A stretch of 64,000 bases of DNA from an uncultured virus (IMG/VR IMGVR_UViG_3300021090_000018) (taxonomy: Duplodnaviria; Heunggongvirae; Uroviricota; Caudoviricetes): the IMG/VR virus record IMGVR_UViG_3300021090_000018. The stretch is one strand, 5' to 3'. The notes beneath the pieces were generated by a model, which did not search any database, was not told the origin of the DNA, and saw nothing but the letters and a program-made list of their open reading frames with translations. How positions within the stretch are numbered: the first letter of the stretch is position 1; each line of letters starts with the position of its first letter. This document shows, piece by piece, positions 28,084-37,091 of this stretch. Both the position numbers and the translations under genes were made by a program.

Positions 28084-28657
28084 GCGTCAGACTCCTTTGT
28101 ACAGCACAGTGAAGCGTAAAGGTTCCCGCGGCGGGAATCGCGCTACAGACCAGGGCGTCCAGTTCGTTCTCGTCGGCCTGCCGACCAGTGGCCGCTTCGC
28201 CCGCTTGCACCACCATGATCTTGCTCGTTCCGGAAACGGTCGCGTCTGTGACCGTCGCCTTCGCCGCCATCGTCGCCGATGAGCCGAAATCCAGTTCATA
28301 CGTCGTCCACGAGGCGCCGGCTCCCCCTCCTGCAATCGTACACACCGTCTTCCCGCCGCTCTCCGTACAGGACACACCGGCCCCGGTGAAGTTCACCGTC
28401 GTCCGCTGGGTCTGTGGTGTCCCTTCGTCTTCGATCGTCGCATAGCCACCGCCACCGCCGGAGAGGGTGAGGGTTCCGGTGACACCCGACTTGGTACAGG
28501 CGATGCTCGAGCCGACACAGTTGAGCGTCTTCACCGCCCCCTGTGAGGCTCCTTCATCCTGCAGGTCGATCGACGGACTCGGCTGGAAGGAATCCGCTCT
28601 AGTTCCGACCGGCGAAACTAACGCTAGCGCCAGTGGTAGAAGCGATAACCAGCACAT
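28049..28657 (-). CDS. Exported fibre-like protein with (Q/E)DEG repeats
   Basis: Signal peptide MCWLSLLPLALALVSPVGTRA (alternative GTG start 28681); LQDEG..LNCVG and IEDEG..VNFTGAGV repeats. Confidence 0.65.
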   Translation of the reverse strand: MCWLSLLPLALALVSPVGTRADSFQPSPSIDLQDEGASQGAVKTLNCVGSSIACTKSGVTGTLTLSGGGGGYATIEDEGTPQTQRTTVNFTGAGVSCTESGGKTVCTIAGGGAGASWTTYELDFGSSATMAAKATVTDATVSGTSKIMVVQAGEAATGRQADENELDALVCSAIPAAGTFTLHCAVQRSLTHGKFKVYYSVG

Positions 28658-29810
28658 CCGCACTGTTATCCGTGCGCACACAGTAGGCGTCTCCTGGGGC
28701 TAATTCGAGCCCGGTTGAGATGGTCACCGCCGTGGTCCCGACAAAGACATTGATCGGATTGGAGATCAGGGCTTTGACGCAGATTTCGGTGGAGGCATTC
28801 GACGGCAAGGCCACAGCGGAAGCGGTCACGGCTTGCTGCCCATTAAAAATGGCGGTGGAGATACGATCCAACGTCGCAAAGGTGCCACTGCCAGCGTTCG
28901 CCGTCACGGTGCCATCGACCGTCAACGGCCCCGACCCATCGCCGACAATCTGAGTGTTCGCCGGTTCTGTCTTCTGATTGAGCTCTGTCTGTAACGCATC
29001 GAGCTGGGAGGTCATCAACCGAAGCTTCGCACTGAGCGAACCAGTCGAGCCGACCGTGGCCGCGGCATCCGCAATCGCCCCTAACGCACCTTCAATCCCG
29101 TCCACCGACGCATCAAGGGCGAGCGCCGAGGTATTGAGATTGGTGCCGGCGTTCGCGGTGACGGTCCCTGACATGGGGACGGGAGAGGCCCGGAGTTCCG
29201 TATCGGTCAATCCCGCCGTAGCGCTGCCTCCACATCCCTCGAAGGCGTTTCCCGCCGTATTCACGCACCGAATGGAGACCGCCGTGGTCGCGGCCGTCGT
29301 CGGCAAGTTCGAGACACTGACGGAGCCGCTGATCGGTTGCGTGGCTTGCCAAAACGTCCCCGTGACCGGGGTGGTCGGTGCGGTAGCGAGTGAGACCGGT
29401 TGTGTCGACTGGAAGAAACTTCCTGTGACGCTCACCGGGTTCGTAATCCCTGTGAGCGTGCCCGTCACCGTCACACTGCCGACGTTCACCCAGAGCTTCC
29501 CGGTCGCATCGACGATACACCGCGCTCGTTCGCCATCGAGTACCCCTGGAGCAATCGTGGGCGTATCGGCTCGCACACAGCCCGCCATCATCATCGTGTC
29601 CTGATCCGCCGCCGTCGTGCCTTGATTGTATTGGGTAATCGCGATGCCCCCTCCGCCCTCGACATCGGGATGGACGTTGAGCTTGCCATCGGTCGAGGTC
29701 ATGCGATTGCCGTAGCCGTCCAAGAGGCGGAGCGCGTCGTGGCTCTGCGCCCACGCCGGTCCAGCCAGGAGGCTAAGACACGCGATAATGCTGCACGTGA
29801 ATCGCCGCAT
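28599..29810 (-). CDS. Exported fibre-like protein
   Basis: Signal peptide MRRFTCSIIACLSLLAGPAWA; TQPVS/TQPIS, LTDTELRA and VTANAG repeats. Confidence 0.65.
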   Translation of the reverse strand: MRRFTCSIIACLSLLAGPAWAQSHDALRLLDGYGNRMTSTDGKLNVHPDVEGGGGIAITQYNQGTTAADQDTMMMAGCVRADTPTIAPGVLDGERARCIVDATGKLWVNVGSVTVTGTLTGITNPVSVTGSFFQSTQPVSLATAPTTPVTGTFWQATQPISGSVSVSNLPTTAATTAVSIRCVNTAGNAFEGCGGSATAGLTDTELRASPVPMSGTVTANAGTNLNTSALALDASVDGIEGALGAIADAAATVGSTGSLSAKLRLMTSQLDALQTELNQKTEPANTQIVGDGSGPLTVDGTVTANAGSGTFATLDRISTAIFNGQQAVTASAVALPSNASTEICVKALISNPINVFVGTTAVTISTGLELAPGDAYCVRTDNSADVLVIASTTGASVSFAGRN

Positions 29811-30045
29811 CGGTGTTTCCTCTTCGAATGGCCTTAAACTTGCTGGCTTCGTAAACCGAAAATTCCCGTTCCGTCCCGTCGTACATGGGAATGCCGTCTG
29901 TGCCGTTCGGCACCTTGCCGCTCGTCCAGAAGCGAATCGACCCCTCAGCGTAGACCTTGACGCTCGTCACGTCCTTGCCCACCGCCCCGAGCGTGATCGC
30001 TTCGCTGGTGACCGCGATGGTTTCAGACTTCACGCAGACAATCAT
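29773..30045 (-). CDS. Small beta-rich hypothetical (decoration-like) protein
   Basis: ATGA coupled to portal stop. Confidence 0.55.
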   Translation of the reverse strand: MIVCVKSETIAVTSEAITLGAVGKDVTSVKVYAEGSIRFWTSGKVPNGTDGIPMYDGTEREFSVYEASKFKAIRRGNTDAAIHVQHYRVS

Positions 30046-32513
30046 TTCTCAAAACTCTGCCCAGTCGGCGCACGGCCCGGTGGCTCATTCGGAGCTGCCA
30101 GCGCCTCGCCAGCCTTGTCCTGTGCCGCTAATTGCTTCTGCACAGAAAGTTTCATAGTAGTCTCCGCTAATCCAGCCCGGACTTCCTCTAATGAAATTTG
30201 CCGTTGGTTTGCGTATTTTAAAAGTTCGAGTTTGGTCTTCGCCTCCAACTCAGCGAGTCGCGTATCCCGCTCGATCTGGGTGCGCTCAGATTCAGCTTTC
30301 ACATAGACAGAATCACGGTCAACGTCCATCTTCGTCCTCATCATCTGCACCTGTGCCTGGAGCTCCGCGATCTGCAGCTTGATATCCTTCGGCGGAGGCG
30401 TACTGTCCATTCGGTCCTGCTCCTCCTTCGAGAACTGGAACTTGGCCGGCGTGAGCTTGTTCCCACGGAGATATTCTTCGAGCAGCTTCTTGGGATCGAT
30501 CTTGTAGGCCGGATTAGGCACGAACTGAAACAGGCCCTGCACCACTTGGTTCTGAATATGCCGTTCCACCAGAGCCGCGCTCCCGTGCGCGTTGATCTTG
30601 AAGTCGCCCTTCGCACTGTTCGGCACGTTGGGGTCCATCAGGAGCCACTCGTAATGGTCCAGGACGGTCGGCTCGGTCCCGTAATCGTCGAAGTTATCGG
30701 CGACGGAGCGGAGCATCTGATTCGCGTTGCTGTTCTGGAGCTGCGCAGCCCCGAAGGTGTCCGGCGTCGTGTCTCCGGACTGGCCCTGGGTGATCAGCGG
30801 AATGTTCGAACACTCCTCGCACAATTTGAATCCGTACATGACCAGGGCTTCGAGGGCCGCGCCAACGTTGGGAAAGGTGAAGGTCTGAAAGGCTTCCGCG
30901 ACATCGTTCGTGTCGGCATCACCGATCTTGTTCCAGAGCTTGTTGCCGGTAATGATCCAGCGCCCATCCGCCGGCTGGATGCACACTTTATCCAGCACGA
31001 TCTGCACCCCAGCAGACAGACCGGCATTATCGATCCAGGCTCGCGTGCCCGCATTGATCAACAGTTGCGGCATGAAGATCTGCTCGGCGACCCCCACCCC
31101 CGCCCAATGGTCGGTGCGCCGGCTCCAGGGAATGGCCTTGTAGGAGAATGTGCCGCTCTGCAGCGGATGGAGGACGCCGCGAATCACGGTATCGTTCACC
31201 AGGCTGCAGATCATCATGGCCGTTTTCGTCGTCTCTTTGATCTCCTTTTCCAACGAGGGATTGAGGAGGAGAATCTCGTCTCGATGGAGGAAGCCTTCGA
31301 AGTACCAAATCTCATAGCGATGGTCGTAAGGACTACGATCCGCTGTCTTCTCATCCAAATACCGCTTCCCTGGCCCTTCCTTGATCACCTGTGCGACCAA
31401 CTCCTCGACGTACCCCTTTTCCTTGGTGAGCCCCTTCAGCGTGCTCTCGGTAATGAAGTCTCGCTCCCAGCAATACTCACCCGTCTGCACATCTTCTCCA
31501 CAGGAGGGATCGGGAAAGAAGTGCCAGGGGTTCACCCGCTTCGACCCTGGCAAGACCTTTTCGATGATCTTCGCTGTGATCGTGTCCTTACCGGCGTCGT
31601 CAGTCTCTTTCTGTGTCGCCACCGAACGGCTGATGATCGAATAGGGCGACTTCATCACCCCGACCCCGAGCTTGGCGGCATCGAACGCCACCTTGCGCAT
31701 GCCCGCGGTGTAGCGACCCTCCACCATCCAATCCAGGATGAGGGTTTCCGCTTCCTTGGCCGAGGCTTCCGCCTCCTGCATTTTCTCCTTAGCTAAATCC
31801 CGCATCTGCAACGGCTTCCCCGGTGGGAGGGATGCAGGTGCGCCACCCGAGGCAGGGGCAAGCTGCGGATCGGGTGGCTGGGCGGTCCCCTGAGGAGGAA
31901 TCTCAGGAGGCACCTGCGGGGAAAACGGTTGGGCGGCCTGATCGGTCGCAATCTCTTCTTTCGTCGCATCTCGCGTGAGGAGTGTGCCGTCAGCGTTGGA
32001 CACCTGCCTGGTATCGTCTTTCCCTTTGATCAGATCAGGTACGGGAGTGGATTCGATGGAGAAGGCTTTATCGTCGGGTGGGAGGAGAATCTCGCAGACT
32101 TTCGACCAGCCGGCGCCAACGTAGCGACGGGTGACTGGGACAAAGACGTTGGACCTGGGCTGTTCGTTGGGGTCTTCTTGCTCGCGTTGTGACGAGGTGA
32201 GTGGACCTTCCATGGTGAGTGGCTTCTGCCACCGTTCGCCCTTGATCTCGCCACGATTCATGTCGTCGATGCTCTCGTGCGCGTCTTCACAGCCCGCCCA
32301 GATGTCCTCAATGCCAGACATTTTGCGGCCGTCGATCGCCTCTTTCCGCTTCTCAACCAGAATGTTCGACAGGCTCTTGAGGAGTTGCCGGTCCTCTGGC
32401 GTGAGCTGATCCGCCCCGCCGTCCGGCGGCACGTCGCGTCCCAGCATACCGTCGAGTTCGGCCTGGACGTCTCCCGGCAGTTCTACCGCGTCAATTTCTT
32501 GCAGGGTCATCAT
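30042..32513 (-). CDS. Portal protein
   Basis: 823 aa after terL; RVNPWHFFPDP and WAGVGVAE motifs; C-terminal coiled barrel. Confidence 0.8.
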   Translation of the reverse strand: MMTLQEIDAVELPGDVQAELDGMLGRDVPPDGGADQLTPEDRQLLKSLSNILVEKRKEAIDGRKMSGIEDIWAGCEDAHESIDDMNRGEIKGERWQKPLTMEGPLTSSQREQEDPNEQPRSNVFVPVTRRYVGAGWSKVCEILLPPDDKAFSIESTPVPDLIKGKDDTRQVSNADGTLLTRDATKEEIATDQAAQPFSPQVPPEIPPQGTAQPPDPQLAPASGGAPASLPPGKPLQMRDLAKEKMQEAEASAKEAETLILDWMVEGRYTAGMRKVAFDAAKLGVGVMKSPYSIISRSVATQKETDDAGKDTITAKIIEKVLPGSKRVNPWHFFPDPSCGEDVQTGEYCWERDFITESTLKGLTKEKGYVEELVAQVIKEGPGKRYLDEKTADRSPYDHRYEIWYFEGFLHRDEILLLNPSLEKEIKETTKTAMMICSLVNDTVIRGVLHPLQSGTFSYKAIPWSRRTDHWAGVGVAEQIFMPQLLINAGTRAWIDNAGLSAGVQIVLDKVCIQPADGRWIITGNKLWNKIGDADTNDVAEAFQTFTFPNVGAALEALVMYGFKLCEECSNIPLITQGQSGDTTPDTFGAAQLQNSNANQMLRSVADNFDDYGTEPTVLDHYEWLLMDPNVPNSAKGDFKINAHGSAALVERHIQNQVVQGLFQFVPNPAYKIDPKKLLEEYLRGNKLTPAKFQFSKEEQDRMDSTPPPKDIKLQIAELQAQVQMMRTKMDVDRDSVYVKAESERTQIERDTRLAELEAKTKLELLKYANQRQISLEEVRAGLAETTMKLSVQKQLAAQDKAGEALAAPNEPPGRAPTGQSFEK

Positions 32514-32734
32514 GGTTGCGGTCCCCTCTTCGTTTCCAACAGAATGTTCAATATCCAGTTAGGACGATCAATCGGATCGAAGAATTCGAGCGCCAACGTA
32601 TCGATGTCCTTCATGTAGCAGTGGAGGAGTTTCGCTCCTGGAGGCAATCCTTCTACCACCTGTGTCCACTCAAGAATGGCGCCGGTCGTCAACTGCGTTT
32701 CGATCAACGCGGTCGTCACCATCACCGTGATCAT
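32510..32734 (-). CDS. Hypothetical protein
   Basis: ATGA coupled to portal. Confidence 0.5.
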   Translation of the reverse strand: MITVMVTTALIETQLTTGAILEWTQVVEGLPPGAKLLHCYMKDIDTLALEFFDPIDRPNWILNILLETKRGPQP

Positions 32735-32764
32735 GGTCGGAGTCCTTCCTTCGGAGCATTCGGA

Positions 32765-32941
32765 TCACTGCCCATCATGGTGACTCCAGCGGGTCATCAC
32801 CCAATTGGCTTCTTTCAACGGCGTCGGTCGGCAGGCACAGCGCACATCCACCTCATGGCCCACCAGTACTCTCCCGGTCTCGTCGCAGGGCATCACGTGC
32901 ACCGCATTCTCTGCGGAGTTGGTGATCAGGCCCCACTTCAT
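32765..32941 (-). CDS. Hypothetical protein, 58 aa
   Basis: Manual translation MKWGLITNSAENAVHVMPCD...CACRP...HH; ATGA coupled to terL. Confidence 0.5.
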   Translation of the reverse strand: MKWGLITNSAENAVHVMPCDETGRVLVGHEVDVRCACRPTPLKEANWVMTRWSHHDGQ

Positions 32942-34239
32942 AACGTCCCCATCGCTTTATCCCGTGGCCGGTATGGCGGCACCAGGGGCGCATGGAGCGG
33001 TTCGGTGTCGTTCGTCAGCTTATCGGCCACCAAGGCCAGGTGACGGAGCGCGTCCATGCCGTGCTTGAATTCGTTCTTGATCGGCACGGCAGGTTCGCCG
33101 GTACTCTTGGGAATGTTGCGAGCGAACCGCTTCGCGCATTCAAGAAACCGGTCAATCCCCGGTCCACCCTTGTTGATAATGAGCTTGGGCCAGACCGTGC
33201 GTGTAATCCGGATGCCTTGCTCGGGATCGATCTCGTGTGGCAGCGGGACGCTCTGCCCCTTCGGCTTCACCCGTCGACCGTTCGCCTTGAGAATGTCGGC
33301 GTCAGAATTCCCAGTCTTCCGGCTCTCGGCGTAGCCGTCGTGCGGGAGATAGTCCCAGCCCCAGTTCATTTTCATCAGGTTCAGATCCGCAGCCCATTCA
33401 TCCACGCGCTTAAAGCTACCCTCGTAATAGGCGATGATGCGCACCTCGGAGTGGGCCTTCTGCACGAGAATAATGGCCATGGCGTCGTTCCAGCCCATGT
33501 CCCAGATCGTGTGCACCTTGAGCTTCGAATCGTAGGGGCAGAACGTGTACCGCTGCTCCTTCATCAGTTGCAGGAGTTCTTTGGCGTAGATGGCACCGGG
33601 GACTGAGGTCATCGGCTCACCCAGCCAGATGTTCCGGTAATCGTCCGGGTACATCTTCTCGCAGTAGGCCCGCTCCAGCTCCAAGGTTGCAGGGAACCAC
33701 GGATTGTCCGCGAACGTCATCGGAATCACTTGCGCGTCAGGAGGCGCATTCACCACCAACCGCATGTAGGCGTCATCGGTATCAAGTTCTGGGTTCATAT
33801 CGACCCAAATCTCGCTGCCTTCTTTGCGGATCGTGGGGATGAGGATGTCGAGCGATTTCTTTTTCACGGCCTGTGCTTCAGCGACCCAGGCAATATCGAA
33901 ATTCTCATACGACTTCACCGACTGCGCGGTATGGTCCTGCAAACCGATGAACAGAAATTGACTGCCCGTATTGGAGTTCTTGATCTCAGTCTCTAGGACT
34001 TCATACTGGTCCTCGTGGCCGACCAACGGGATCTGTTCTTTGAGCAGTTGATGCACCGACTCTTTGATGGATTTCTGCACTTCACGACAGCAGAGGATGC
34101 GGAGGGTCTGATTGGCGGCGAGCAGTAACAGGGCCCTGGCAATGTTCCAGGAGGCGCCCTTCCCACGACCGCCGACAATGACTTTATAGCGTGATTTCGT
34201 GAAGAGGACGCGGAGCTTATCAGGAAAGGAGACTCTCAC
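32938..34239 (-). CDS. terL: Terminase large subunit (PBSX-like)
   Basis: GGRGKGAS Walker A, CCREVQKSI, WVAEAQ Walker B, WDMG nuclease, HGMDALR. Confidence 0.92.
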   Translation of the reverse strand: MRVSFPDKLRVLFTKSRYKVIVGGRGKGASWNIARALLLLAANQTLRILCCREVQKSIKESVHQLLKEQIPLVGHEDQYEVLETEIKNSNTGSQFLFIGLQDHTAQSVKSYENFDIAWVAEAQAVKKKSLDILIPTIRKEGSEIWVDMNPELDTDDAYMRLVVNAPPDAQVIPMTFADNPWFPATLELERAYCEKMYPDDYRNIWLGEPMTSVPGAIYAKELLQLMKEQRYTFCPYDSKLKVHTIWDMGWNDAMAIILVQKAHSEVRIIAYYEGSFKRVDEWAADLNLMKMNWGWDYLPHDGYAESRKTGNSDADILKANGRRVKPKGQSVPLPHEIDPEQGIRITRTVWPKLIINKGGPGIDRFLECAKRFARNIPKSTGEPAVPIKNEFKHGMDALRHLALVADKLTNDTEPLHAPLVPPYRPRDKAMGTL

Positions 34240-34583
34240 TTCTTCGTGGGCTCCACAAAGACGAGTTCGGTGCGATGTTGGATGGGTCCGCCCCCTTCGC
34301 CCTTATGCTCGATGCTGGACAGTTTGGGGTGGCGAAAGGGCGCTACGGCAATCGCGGCGGCCATCGTGCGTCGATCCCAGGCCTGATACCGAGCGACGAA
34401 CGCCAACGTGTTTTCGCCTTCCTGCTGCACAGGAGGCTTGGCTCGCATTTCCCTGAGCAGAAAGGCCATCGGGGTTTCGCCCCCTTCCGCAAGCAAGGCC
34501 GCCAGACTTTCCTTCTGTTTGCGCGGGACCTTGTTGATACTGCCCTTACGCCGACCGGCCCCTGGACGTTTGCCACCCCGCAT
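34236..34583 (-). CDS. terS: Terminase small subunit
   Basis: RGGKRPGAGRRKGSINK...AAIAVAPFRHPKL; coupled to terL. Confidence 0.75.
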   Translation of the reverse strand: MRGGKRPGAGRRKGSINKVPRKQKESLAALLAEGGETPMAFLLREMRAKPPVQQEGENTLAFVARYQAWDRRTMAAAIAVAPFRHPKLSSIEHKGEGGGPIQHRTELVFVEPTKK

Positions 34584-34607
34584 TGATTCTCCATTTGATT
34601 GTCGGTT

Positions 34608-34859
34608 TCAAATCGAGTAGCACGCCGCCTCCGCCTTCACGATGGTAAAGGGGATACCCAGCACCGTGGAGAACTGCATCCATCCGCTGAATTCATGCGG
34701 CTCTAAGTCCATCATCAGCGAGGAGGCTTCCTCTTGTGTCATCTCAATGCGCGAGAGATATTCTCCACAGCGTTTTCGCTCGAAGTTCAACAGCACGAGG
34801 GCGTCACGCTTAGGCGGACACTCGACGACGTCACCGCGATGACCGACAAAGACTTTCAT
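34608..34859 (-). CDS. Hypothetical protein
   Basis: Colinear ORF at start of late operon. Confidence 0.5.
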   Translation of the reverse strand: MKVFVGHRGDVVECPPKRDALVLLNFERKRCGEYLSRIEMTQEEASSLMMDLEPHEFSGWMQFSTVLGIPFTIVKAEAACYSI

Positions 34860-34862
34860 GCG

Positions 34863-35168
34863 CTACACCAGCCCTCGTACCCGTTTCCGTTTCTTGCTCC
34901 GCGAGTGCATCGGCAGGATCTTCCCGTCCGCATCGACGAGTTTCGACTCTTCAGTTGCCTGCTTCGTGATGTTCTTGCCCAGCTTATTGAGATGCTTCAT
35001 CAGCATGGCCACCGCGAGATGAGCCGGAGATTCGAGATCGAACACCAACCCGCGAGGAGTGTGGACACAGCCCGTCTCCATCAGCCCGCGCTCACAACAC
35101 ATATACACGGGTTGCGCATTGAAGCGACCGGCCCCAAGATCCTGGATGTTCAAATTGGCGAGACCCAT
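34863..35168 (-). CDS. Hypothetical protein
   Basis: Colinear ORF. Confidence 0.55.
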   Translation of the reverse strand: MGLANLNIQDLGAGRFNAQPVYMCCERGLMETGCVHTPRGLVFDLESPAHLAVAMLMKHLNKLGKNITKQATEESKLVDADGKILPMHSRSKKRKRVRGLV

Positions 35169-35537
35169 TCAATATCCCGCCCCAGCATTCATATTCATCG
35201 GGCTTGGCTTTTCACCGTATCCAGCCGCCAGATGCGCATCTTCTGAGTCATCGACGGGGTTTTGACGCGCAATGTGGAGAATGGCTTTGAGCCCTTGCTC
35301 GATGGTATCGACATCGATCTCTTCGTAATTGGTGGACGCCTCGCCGTCAGCCAGTTCCCTCTCGGGTTCGAGTGGCTTCCGACAGACCACCATCCGCCCC
35401 GGCATCCGCTTCAGACAGATCATGTCCCCGTCGGGCGCGGGCGAAACAGTCGGTTCGGCATCTGACAGGCCTTCAGCCGTCACGTCATTCGCGTTCTCTG
35501 GTGCCTCGCCCAGTTCCTCGGGGGGGTTCTTGGTCAT
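35169..35537 (-). CDS. Hypothetical acidic protein
   Basis: ATG 35537 after GAGG; first gene of late arm. Confidence 0.55.
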   Translation of the reverse strand: MTKNPPEELGEAPENANDVTAEGLSDAEPTVSPAPDGDMICLKRMPGRMVVCRKPLEPERELADGEASTNYEEIDVDTIEQGLKAILHIARQNPVDDSEDAHLAAGYGEKPSPMNMNAGAGY

Positions 35538-35824
35538 GGGGCAATCCTCTCTCGGTGGGGTAAGGTGGCCCTCGTCATGAGAGCCACCACCAGTGGATGC
35601 GCACAGATGGTGGGCCAATACCACTAATAGACAGAGAGAGTCAAGAAGATTGTTTGTGAGTCACTCAAGATCATGGAAGGCGAGGGATGGCGCAGTACAA
35701 ATTCAGGACAGGTGGAAGCCGATCAGGACGCCTGAGTGCACCCCTGACGACATCAAGAGCACGGAATGGCTTAATTTGTGTGGGGCTATGGCAGGCAAGG
35801 TGGAGTGAGACGGGATGGGCAGGG

Positions 35825-35863
35825 TTTCAAGACTGGCACGTTCGGCCGCTCCGTCACCCCTCC
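35825..35863 (-). other. attP core: 5' half of tRNA-Ser(UGA) up to the anticodon loop
   Basis: Minus strand GGAGGGGTGACGGAGCGGCCGAACGTGCCAGTCTTGAAA matches the acceptor 5' strand, D-arm and anticodon stem/loop; tRNA similarity then ends; 3 nt from the integrase stop. Confidence 0.8.
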
Positions 35864-35866
35864 GTC

Positions 35867-36994
35867 TTATGTATCAATAGGTTCTGATGTATGATCCGGT
35901 CTGCCGTACAGACCCGAGGCGGTGTTCCGTGGCACGCCAAGCTTCTCGATGGCCGAGCGCAGTCGGCTCACGTCCCGTTTCAGATACCGATCCATCGCTT
36001 TCCAGCTTTTCCACCGACCGAGATCCTTCAGATCCTTGACCTCAACCCCAGCCTGTTGGAGCCGACTGGCAAAGGTGTGTCGCAGCGTGTGATAAGTCTT
36101 GCCGTCCTTGCGGGAGAGCACAATGCCAGCCGCGGCACAGGCCTTTTTGAACACATGATTATACCAGGTCTTGGGATGGAGATGTTTAAGCGGATCACTC
36201 CGATGCGGAAAGACCCACTGTGATTCACCAGCCTTCACTTTGAGCCGGGCGAAAATCTCCGCCGCTCGCGTGTTGATCAAAAAGATTTCCGGTGCCCCCC
36301 CTTTGGGATGGTGCAGTTTGCCCAGGCCTCGATCGAGATCAAGATCCGCCCAGGCGAGCGAGAACTGTTCGTCTTGTCGCAGTCCGGTGAGGATGGCCAA
36401 CGTGGGGTAGTCGGCTTGATCCCCGAGGGCGTGCGCCATCGCCGCTTCTTCCACTTCCGTGAATTCCACCTCTGGAGCCACGGCCTCTTTGAACTTCAAC
36501 CCTCGGCAAGGATTACGATCAAGCTGACCCTTGATCACGGCCGATTGAAAGAGATGGTGCAACCAGGCGACGTAGCGGTTGACGGTCGAGTGCGCAATGG
36601 GGCCTCGATAGTGCCCATGGGTGAGAAGATACGTTCTCGCGTGATCGATGCGGTCGAGGAGCGGGTCCGTCCAGTCCGCCGAGCCAATGCGCGTTTTCCA
36701 GAAGGCCGCGTAGGCCAGTTCAATGCTGTGCGATTTCTTGTTGGTGGTCTGAGCCAGATACTGGTCAATCATCTGGGTGACGGTGCGGGTGTGCCCAGTC
36801 CGACCAGGAAACGGGCGCCCTTCGCGCACATCCCGGCGCCGATCGTCGTACCAATCTCGCGCCTCCTGCTTGCGGGTAAACCCACTCCATTTGTAGGCGG
36901 AGCCCGATCGATAGAGCCGGACCCCGTATTGGGCGGTGCCATCCGCGAGGCGATAGAGGAAGAGCCCGCGATCCTGGCGATGCTGGCGGGCCAT
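35867..36994 (-). CDS. int: Tyrosine integrase
   Basis: TGLRQDE (R), PKGG (K), HTLRH, LGRW, MDRY (Y). Confidence 0.92.
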   Translation of the reverse strand: MARQHRQDRGLFLYRLADGTAQYGVRLYRSGSAYKWSGFTRKQEARDWYDDRRRDVREGRPFPGRTGHTRTVTQMIDQYLAQTTNKKSHSIELAYAAFWKTRIGSADWTDPLLDRIDHARTYLLTHGHYRGPIAHSTVNRYVAWLHHLFQSAVIKGQLDRNPCRGLKFKEAVAPEVEFTEVEEAAMAHALGDQADYPTLAILTGLRQDEQFSLAWADLDLDRGLGKLHHPKGGAPEIFLINTRAAEIFARLKVKAGESQWVFPHRSDPLKHLHPKTWYNHVFKKACAAAGIVLSRKDGKTYHTLRHTFASRLQQAGVEVKDLKDLGRWKSWKAMDRYLKRDVSRLRSAIEKLGVPRNTASGLYGRPDHTSEPIDT

Positions 36995-37057
36995 CTGCTA
37001 TTTTCGGCGCGGGAACCTTGGCCTTCAGGCCGAGGAGGAGCGCCGCTCCTTTCTTGA

Positions 37058-37086
37058 TTGACTGCCAACTGCTAGGATACTATGCT
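37058..37086 (+). promoter_or_regulatory. sigma70-like promoter of tnpB (near-leaderless)
   Basis: TTGACT-17-TATGCT, ATG 5 nt after the -10. Confidence 0.6.
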
Positions 37087-37091
37087 GTGAC

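Noticed and set aside
384..35600. Numerous plus-strand ORFs in the late arm
   Set aside because: Shadow ORFs of GC-rich minus-strand genes, lacking RBS or motifs
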